Shown piece by piece: positions 26,836 through 32,000 of a DNA stretch of 32,000 nucleotides. The translations under genes and the position numbers were made by a program. Every line of letters starts with the position of its first letter. The first letter of the stretch is position 1. Below the pieces are notes generated by a model, which had not been told where the DNA came from, made no database searches, and saw nothing but the letters and a program-made list of their open reading frames with translations. The stretch comes from Methanopyrus kandleri AV19 (GTDB taxonomy: Archaea; JAADCQ01; Methanopyri; Methanopyrales; Methanopyraceae): assembly GCF_000007185.1 (NCBI RefSeq), contig NC_003551.1:480001-512000 (forward strand), given 5' to 3'.

Positions 26836-27148
26836 TGACTTTAGACACTCCTTCTACCCAGGCGACCAAGGCTAACGTGGCGGCTATCTCTTCGTCGGTC
26901 ACTTCGGCGACGTTCTTCGCCGTCTCGGCTATGAGGCCTACTCTACGCTCGTCTCCGGCAGCCGCCGCCAAAGCGAGGGCGATGAGATGCTTCGTCTTGT
27001 CGTCCAACGGAGACTCCTTCCATATTATTCTATGCAGCTCCTCAACGACCTCCGCGTACTCATCTCCCAACATCTCTTCGGCATACTTCACAGCTATCAG
27101 ACCTTTTTCGTCCTCCTCCTTGGCCGGTTCACCGGGCTTCCGGGACAA
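26807..27148 (-). CDS. AhpD/carboxymuconolactone decarboxylase-like small protein
   Basis: EMLGDEYAEVVEELHRIIWKESPLDDKTKHLIALALAAAAGDERRVGLIAETAKNVAEVTDEEIAATLALVAWVEG. Confidence 0.6.
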   Translation of the reverse strand: MSRKPGEPAKEEDEKGLIAVKYAEEMLGDEYAEVVEELHRIIWKESPLDDKTKHLIALALAAAAGDERRVGLIAETAKNVAEVTDEEIAATLALVAWVEGVSKVTRTWGVLRQ

Positions 27149-27395
27149 CGGCAGCCCTTCATACTAGTTGGACAGGGCTTAAACGAGGAGCGTATTCGAT
27201 CAGAGTCGGAAATCTTTAATTCCTTCAGATGTCTAGGACCCGCGCATTCGAATCCTGTAATGCCCTCGGATCTGGACGCCAGGACAACTCGAGGTGAGGT
27301 GTTGGGCACTTCCGGCAGTGAGTGAACACTTCTTCCCCCACGTGGGTCCGATGATGCTATCAGATTGTTCCCGAGGTCCGACCGGGGCCGGCTAA

Positions 27396-29270
27396 GTGAG
27401 GTTACTGTTCATTCACGCGGACGAGATGTCGTTCGAGGCGAGGCAGAAGACCAAGATCGCCGAGGAAGAGCCGCCTATTAAGGAAGCGGAAGTTGAGGAC
27501 TGTCTGGTAGTCTTCGCGGCGGTCCAAGAAGCTGATGAAGAGAATCCAAAGGCCATCGCCGAGGCGGCCGTAGAGGAGATCGAAGACGTTGCGGGTGAAT
27601 TGAAGGCCGACAGGATAGTCTTGTACCCGTACGCTCATCTAGCCGACGATCTCGCTTCCCCGGACGTGGCCGTCGAGGTTCTGAAGAGAATGGAAGGGCT
27701 CCTGAAGGAGCGCGGGTACGAGGTCGTGAGAGCCCCCTTCGGGTGGTACAAGGCATTCCGATTGGCGTGCAAGGGGCATCCACTCTCGGAGCTCTCCAGG
27801 ACGGTAACCCCCGAGGCCGCCGAGGAAGCTGAGGAGGAGAAGATCGAGTCCGAGTTCTTGGTGTACATGGACGGGGAATTGATACCGGTAGAAGAAGTGG
27901 ATCTCTCGGAACTTCCCGAGGACTTCAGGCACCTAGTGATGCACGAGTTGGGTGAAGAGCGTGAAACGGGCGACGAAGAGCCCGCACACGTGAAGCTGAT
28001 GCGGGAGAAGGAAATCTGCGACCACGAGCCGGCAGCGGACGTTGGACACGTACGGTGGTACCCGAAGGGTCACGTGGTCAGGAGATGCCTGGCGGAGTAC
28101 GTGGAGAACCTCATGGCCGATCTAGGAGCGGCGGTCGTCGAGACACCCGTGATGTACGATCTGAGTGAGGACGCTATCCGGGAGCACGCCGACAAGTTCG
28201 GGGAGCGACAGTATCGGATAAGGGCTGGAAACCGGGCACTGATGCTGAGGTACGCGGCCTGCTTCGGAGCCTTCAGGCTACTAGCGGACACCACGCTCAG
28301 CCGGCGTCACCTACCCTTGAAGATCTACGAACTATCACAAAGCTTCAGGTTAGAGCAGAGTGGTGAGGTGGTCGGACTGAAGCGGTTACGGGCGTTCACT
28401 ATGCCCGATCTCCACACCGTTTGCGCCGACATGGACGAGGCCGTGGAAGAGTTCCTCGAGCAAGCGAAACTATGCTTGGAGGTAGGGCTGGACCTCGGGT
28501 TGGAATATGAGGTAGTGTTCAGGACCACGGAGAAGTTCCTGAAGGAGAGGAAAGAAGTCCTAGAGGAACTGGCCGAGGCCATGGAAAAAGCGTACGGTGA
28601 CGCGAAGCCCGTACTGGTGGAGGTACTGCCGGAACGTAAACACTACTGGGAATGTAAGGTGGACTTCGCGTTCATTGATAGCCTCGGAAGACCCATCGAG
28701 AACCCGACGGTACAGATCGACGTCGAGAGTGGGAGGCGCTTCGGAATCACGTACGCGGACGAGTCGGGCGATGAACGTCATCCAGTGATATTACACTGCT
28801 CACCGACAGGGAGCCTTGAACGTGTAATATGCGCGATCCTCGAGGGCCAGTACAAGCGGTTCGAGCAGGAGGGTAAGCTGCCAACTCTACCGACGTGGCT
28901 GTCGCCGGTACAGGCGCGTGTGATTCCGGTTTCAGAGAAAGTGCTGGAAGAAGCTGAGAAAGTCTTCGAAGAGCTGAAAAGTGAGGGGTTCCGAGTCGAC
29001 CTGGACGACCGCGATGAGCCGGTGGGACGTAAGATCCGAGATGCGGGTGAGGAGTGGGTACCGTACGTCATCGTGATTGGTGAGGAGGAAGTGAAGAAAG
29101 GCACGCTCTCGGTAACGATACGGGAGGAATCCACGTTGAAAGAACAGCGGCGTGAAGAGATGACGTTAGAGGAGCTCGTAGAGCGGTTGGAGCGCGAAAC
29201 GGAGGGCAAACCGAGGGTCCCACTAACGATACCGGATCGCCTCAGTCGGCGTCCGCGGTTCGGCAGGTAA
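27396..29270 (+). CDS. thrS: Threonyl-tRNA synthetase, archaeal type with N-terminal editing domain
   Basis: MRLLFIHADEMSFEARQKTKIAEE..., class II core KGHVVRRCLAEYVENLMADLGAAVVETPVMYD, FRLEQSGEVVGLKRLRAFTMPDLHT. GTG start. Confidence 0.95.
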   Translation: MRLLFIHADEMSFEARQKTKIAEEEPPIKEAEVEDCLVVFAAVQEADEENPKAIAEAAVEEIEDVAGELKADRIVLYPYAHLADDLASPDVAVEVLKRMEGLLKERGYEVVRAPFGWYKAFRLACKGHPLSELSRTVTPEAAEEAEEEKIESEFLVYMDGELIPVEEVDLSELPEDFRHLVMHELGEERETGDEEPAHVKLMREKEICDHEPAADVGHVRWYPKGHVVRRCLAEYVENLMADLGAAVVETPVMYDLSEDAIREHADKFGERQYRIRAGNRALMLRYAACFGAFRLLADTTLSRRHLPLKIYELSQSFRLEQSGEVVGLKRLRAFTMPDLHTVCADMDEAVEEFLEQAKLCLEVGLDLGLEYEVVFRTTEKFLKERKEVLEELAEAMEKAYGDAKPVLVEVLPERKHYWECKVDFAFIDSLGRPIENPTVQIDVESGRRFGITYADESGDERHPVILHCSPTGSLERVICAILEGQYKRFEQEGKLPTLPTWLSPVQARVIPVSEKVLEEAEKVFEELKSEGFRVDLDDRDEPVGRKIRDAGEEWVPYVIVIGEEEVKKGTLSVTIREESTLKEQRREEMTLEELVERLERETEGKPRVPLTIPDRLSRRPRFGR

Positions 29271-29271
29271 C

Positions 29272-29751
29272 TCACGTCTCCCTCTCCATCGCCACAATAC
29301 CCGTCCTAGCGATTTCGACGATGTTACCGATATCCTTCATCAACTCAAGGAGGGATTCGACATCCTGCGGCTCTCCCACGATCTCTACGGTGATAGTCTC
29401 CCGGCCCACATCGACCACCTCGGCGCCCGCGGCCCGAGCCAACTCGGCCGCCCTCGCACGGTCCTTCGTCCTGATCTTGACCAGCGCTAACTGCCGCTCC
29501 ACAGTGCGTTCTGGGTCCAGCTCCGAGACCTTGATAACGTCGACGAGCTTGTTGAGCTGCTTGACTACTTGCTCGATCGTTTGCTCGTTTCCTTTTACTG
29601 TAAGCGTCATCCTGGCCAACCCTTCCCGCTCTGAGGGTCCTTCGGCGATAGAGTCGATATTGAACCCACGTCTCCTGAAAAGTCCCGACACACGTTGCAT
29701 GACACCGGGCCGATCCTTTACGAGCACCGAGAGTACGCGACGCTTGGACAA
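29272..29751 (-). CDS. ilvN: Acetolactate synthase small (regulatory ACT) subunit
   Basis: SKRRVLSVLVKDRPGVMQRVSGLFRRRGFNIDSIAEGPSEREGLARMTLTVKG...VERQLALVKI. TTG start 29751 preceded by GGGGGGATG; the ORF track start is 29805. Confidence 0.92.
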   Translation of the reverse strand: MSKRRVLSVLVKDRPGVMQRVSGLFRRRGFNIDSIAEGPSEREGLARMTLTVKGNEQTIEQVVKQLNKLVDVIKVSELDPERTVERQLALVKIRTKDRARAAELARAAGAEVVDVGRETITVEIVGEPQDVESLLELMKDIGNIVEIARTGIVAMERET

Positions 29752-29916
29752 CTCACATCCCCCCTTAACTAGCAGGCGCGTGCTTATTTCACGGACAGCC
29801 CCCACCTAAGGATGGGGATGATGGAGGCCCTCCCTAGCCGAGGGAACCGATGAGGATCCAGCCCTTTCGCCGACCCCCCAGTGAAATGCTGTCCGGAGGA
29901 GAACGGGGGGACCCGC

Positions 29917-30690
29917 TTGAAGAAACCCGTCGACGCTCACTGTCATCTTTGCTTCAAATACTTCAAAGGCGAGGAAGACGAAGTGGTAGAACGGTCACGG
30001 AAGAAGGTGTTACGCGTGTACGACTGCGGGGCTACCCCTGGAACCGCACGGCGAACCCTGGAGTTAGCGGAGAGATTCGAGGGGTTCGTGTTCTCCACGA
30101 TCGGGCTCCATCCCCCACGAGCGCCGAGGATGCAGCAGAGCGTCATCGATGACGTGGTCCGAATTATCCGTGAGCACGCCGACAGGATCGCGGCAATTGG
30201 AGAGATAGGTCTTGACTACCACTACGTGAAGGAACCCGGAGAGCGCAGGAGGATGCGAGAGGTCTTCGAGAGGTTCCTGAAGCTCGCGGAAGAGCTCGAC
30301 AAGCCGGTAGTGATTCACGCCAGGGATGCGGAAGAGCACGCCCTCGAGGTCCTAGAGGACTACGACGTAGTCGCCATGTTCCACTGCTACGACGGACCGG
30401 CCGAGCTCGCCCGGCGTATCGCGGACGCCGGCCACTACGTTTCACTGTCGACGATTCACGTCATTCGTGGACCGAAGGATGAGAGAACGCGGGAACTGCT
30501 GGAGACTGTACCGTTGGAAGCGGCACTTACGGAGACGGACAGCCCATACCTGTCACCGGTGCGGGGAGAACGCAACGAGCCTCGGAACGTGTGGAGGGTA
30601 ATAGAGTTGCTCGCGCGGGTGAAGGGAGTCCCCGTCGGCGAGGTAGTTGAGACCACGGCGCGTAACGCGCTGGAGTTCTACGATCTATGA
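29917..30690 (+). CDS. tatD: TatD-family metal-dependent hydrolase/DNase
   Basis: VDAHCHL...STIGLHPPRAP...IAAIGEIGLDYHYV...KPVVIHARDAEEHALEVL...FHCYDG...LTETDSPYL. TTG start near 29917. Confidence 0.85.
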   Translation: MKKPVDAHCHLCFKYFKGEEDEVVERSRKKVLRVYDCGATPGTARRTLELAERFEGFVFSTIGLHPPRAPRMQQSVIDDVVRIIREHADRIAAIGEIGLDYHYVKEPGERRRMREVFERFLKLAEELDKPVVIHARDAEEHALEVLEDYDVVAMFHCYDGPAELARRIADAGHYVSLSTIHVIRGPKDERTRELLETVPLEAALTETDSPYLSPVRGERNEPRNVWRVIELLARVKGVPVGEVVETTARNALEFYDL

Positions 30691-30698
30691 GGAGAAAA

Positions 30699-30710
30699 TT
30701 TTAAATATAA
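30699..30710 (+). promoter_or_regulatory. Archaeal TATA box of 5S rRNA gene
   Basis: TTTTAAATATAA centred about 25 nt upstream of the inferred 5S 5' end. Confidence 0.75.
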
Positions 30711-30728
30711 CCCACCTAGCGTGCGGTT

Positions 30729-30855
30729 GTGGCGGCGGCCACAGCGGCCGGGGCCACACCCGGGCCACATCTCGAACCCGGAAGTTAAGCCCGGCCGCGT
30801 CCCGGGTGGTACTGCGCTCCGAGAGGGCGCGGGAAGCCCGGGATGCCGCCGCCGT
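30729..30855 (+). rRNA. rrf: 5S ribosomal RNA
   Basis: Contains CCACATCTCGAACCCGGAAGTTAAGC and the terminal helix GGCGGCGGC (30731-30739)/GCCGCCGCC (30845-30853). End positions are approximate. Confidence 0.93.
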
Positions 30856-30868
30856 CCCCCAAATTGTT

Positions 30869-31126
30869 ATGAATCTTAAAACGATGGGGGGCGAGCCGTT
30901 GAGGAAAACGAACCTGGCCGCGCTGGTCTCCGCCGTAGCGCTCCTTGGCGCGTTGGTGTTGGCCTTCGCCGGCGGTCCTAGGTGGCCCGTCGGGGTGTTA
31001 GCCCTAATAGTAGGTGGGTTAGACGTTATGATCTCGTTCCGGCGCGGCGGGGACAGGGTCCTCGGCCTGATGGGATTTCTACTGTTGATGGTAGGTATAG
31101 CCGTGCTAACGGGCAGGGTGAGATAG
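30869..31126 (+). CDS. Small membrane protein, about 75-85 aa
   Basis: LRKTNLAALVSAVALLGALVLAFAGGPRWPVGVLALIVGGLDVMISFRRGGDRVLGLMGFLLLMVGIAVLTGRVR has 3 hydrophobic segments. The start could be 30869, 30884 or TTG 30899. Confidence 0.55.
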   Translation: MNLKTMGGEPLRKTNLAALVSAVALLGALVLAFAGGPRWPVGVLALIVGGLDVMISFRRGGDRVLGLMGFLLLMVGIAVLTGRVR

Positions 31127-31127
31127 T

Positions 31128-31655
31128 TTGAAGTTGTGCCTGGTGGCGTTTGACGGAAGGATCCCCATGCTCAGCAGTATCGTCGATAGGTTCGAGGAAC
31201 ACGTGTCGGAGTACCTAGGCGAGGTTAAGGTGAAAAAGAAACGCGCGAAACTACCCGAGCATGCGTACTCCAAGGTGAGAGGCCAATACCTAGCGAGGGC
31301 CCTCCTCGATACCCTACGTGGCATGAAAGGGGAGTACGACCGCGTTTTAGGGTTGACCTCGGAGGACCTCTACGCTCCGGGACTCAACTTCGTCTTCGGT
31401 CAAGCTCGATGTCCGGGTAGAGAGGCCGTAGTCTCGGTGGCCCGACTGCTGGATCCGGATCCGGAGTTGTACCTGGAGCGTGTCGTGAAGGAGCTCACGC
31501 ACGAGCTCGGACACACCTTCGGGTTGGGCCACTGCCCGGACCGTAACTGCGTGATGAGCTTCTCGAGTTCACTTCTCGAAGTAGACCGCAAATCACCGAA
31601 CTTCTGTCGAAGATGTACCGAATTACTTCAAAGAAACTTGAAACGCGGAGGTTGA
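31128..31655 (+). CDS. amzA: Archaemetzincin-like zinc metalloprotease
   Basis: VVKELTHELGHTFGLGHCPDRNCVMSFSSSLLEVDRKSPNFCRRC contains HExGHxxGxxH-C and CxxC motifs. Confidence 0.92.
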   Translation: MKLCLVAFDGRIPMLSSIVDRFEEHVSEYLGEVKVKKKRAKLPEHAYSKVRGQYLARALLDTLRGMKGEYDRVLGLTSEDLYAPGLNFVFGQARCPGREAVVSVARLLDPDPELYLERVVKELTHELGHTFGLGHCPDRNCVMSFSSSLLEVDRKSPNFCRRCTELLQRNLKRGG

Positions 31656-31669
31656 ACGGGGCCGTAGTC

Positions 31670-32000
31670 GTGACCATCGAGTACGTAGACAAAGTGGGGC
31701 GCAGAGTGGTCGTTCGGAGGGCTAAAAGGTCCGACATCCCGGAAGTTGTGGAGATAGAAGAGCGTGCGTTCCCGAAATCACCGTATCCTACGTACGTCTT
31801 CCTCTATAACCTGAGTAACAATCCGGAGGGGTTCCTGGTGGCTGAAGTTGGGGGTAAGGTGGTAGGATACGTCATCTTCGAGCTCCGACCGTGGCTCGGT
31901 GAGGGCCATATAGTCTCGATCGCCGTACATCCCAACTACCGGCGTACCGGAATCGGCACGATCCTCATGGGAGAGGCCGAGCGCAAGATAGCGGAAGCCG
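31670..32000 (+). CDS. GNAT-family N-acetyltransferase (RimI-like), 3'-truncated by window
   Basis: VRRAKRSDIPEVVEIEERAFPKSPYPTYVFLYNLSNNPEGFLVAEVGGKVVGYVIFELRP...IVSIAVHPNYRRTGIGTILMGEAERKIAEA. TTG 31652 is an alternative start. Confidence 0.85.
   Translation, partial: MTIEYVDKVGRRVVVRRAKRSDIPEVVEIEERAFPKSPYPTYVFLYNLSNNPEGFLVAEVGGKVVGYVIFELRPWLGEGHIVSIAVHPNYRRTGIGTILMGEAERKIAEA

Noticed and set aside
27225-27245. ATTCGAATCC string resembling a tRNA T-loop
   Set aside because: The flanking bases do not form a T stem, acceptor stem or anticodon arm.
27345-27370. CCGATGATGCTATC as a possible box C of a C/D RNA
   Set aside because: I found no convincing paired D box and C'/D' boxes at suitable spacing, so I do not call an ncRNA.
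15059-29751. Separated ilvB (15059) and ilvN (29751) as an anomaly
   Set aside because: Unlinked large and small acetolactate synthase subunit genes occur in other archaea, and both genes look intact.
29321-29809. 162-aa plus-strand Ser/Thr-rich ORF
   Set aside because: It is antisense to ilvN, whose ACT-domain sequence is unmistakable.
1-32000. CRISPR arrays, transposases, integrases, prophage genes
   Set aside because: By eye I found no regularly spaced repeats, no transposase/integrase motifs and no phage genes. A computed repeat search would be needed to be certain.

Overview
This 32 kb window is a dense, GC-rich archaeal (methanogen) chromosome segment. It has frequent GTG/TTG starts and Shine-Dalgarno (SD) motifs, and I infer Methanopyrus kandleri or a close relative. 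I see no CRISPR array, IS element, tRNA or obvious prophage. Recognisable genes include tyrS (partial), NMD3-like, DUF1512, trmJ-like, an acetyltransferase/ABC ATPase fusion, usp, mer, CBS-domain proteins, a large PTPS-related/GT-C-like membrane protein, an Rnl3-type RNA ligase, a HAD protein, pyrC, ilvB, a ferritin-like protein, two TatD-like hydrolases, DUF166, an AGOG DNA glycosylase, an HTH-V4R regulator, thrS, ilvN, an orphan 5S rRNA gene, archaemetzincin and a GNAT protein (partial). The most interesting locus is 19.9-24.6 kb. There a monofunctional CooS-type Ni-CO dehydrogenase is followed by homologues of all three F420-reducing hydrogenase subunits (FrhA-, FrhG- and FrhB-like). The FrhA-like subunit has lost key NiFe-site residues and ends exactly at the His where hydrogenase precursors are normally cleaved. 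I infer a CO/CO2:F420 oxidoreductase complex. Other notable points are an apparent CTG start codon for the NMD3-like gene, an unannotated 49-aa ORF with a strong SD, a D-cluster Cys-to-Trp change in CooS, and an intragenic GC shift in the large membrane protein.
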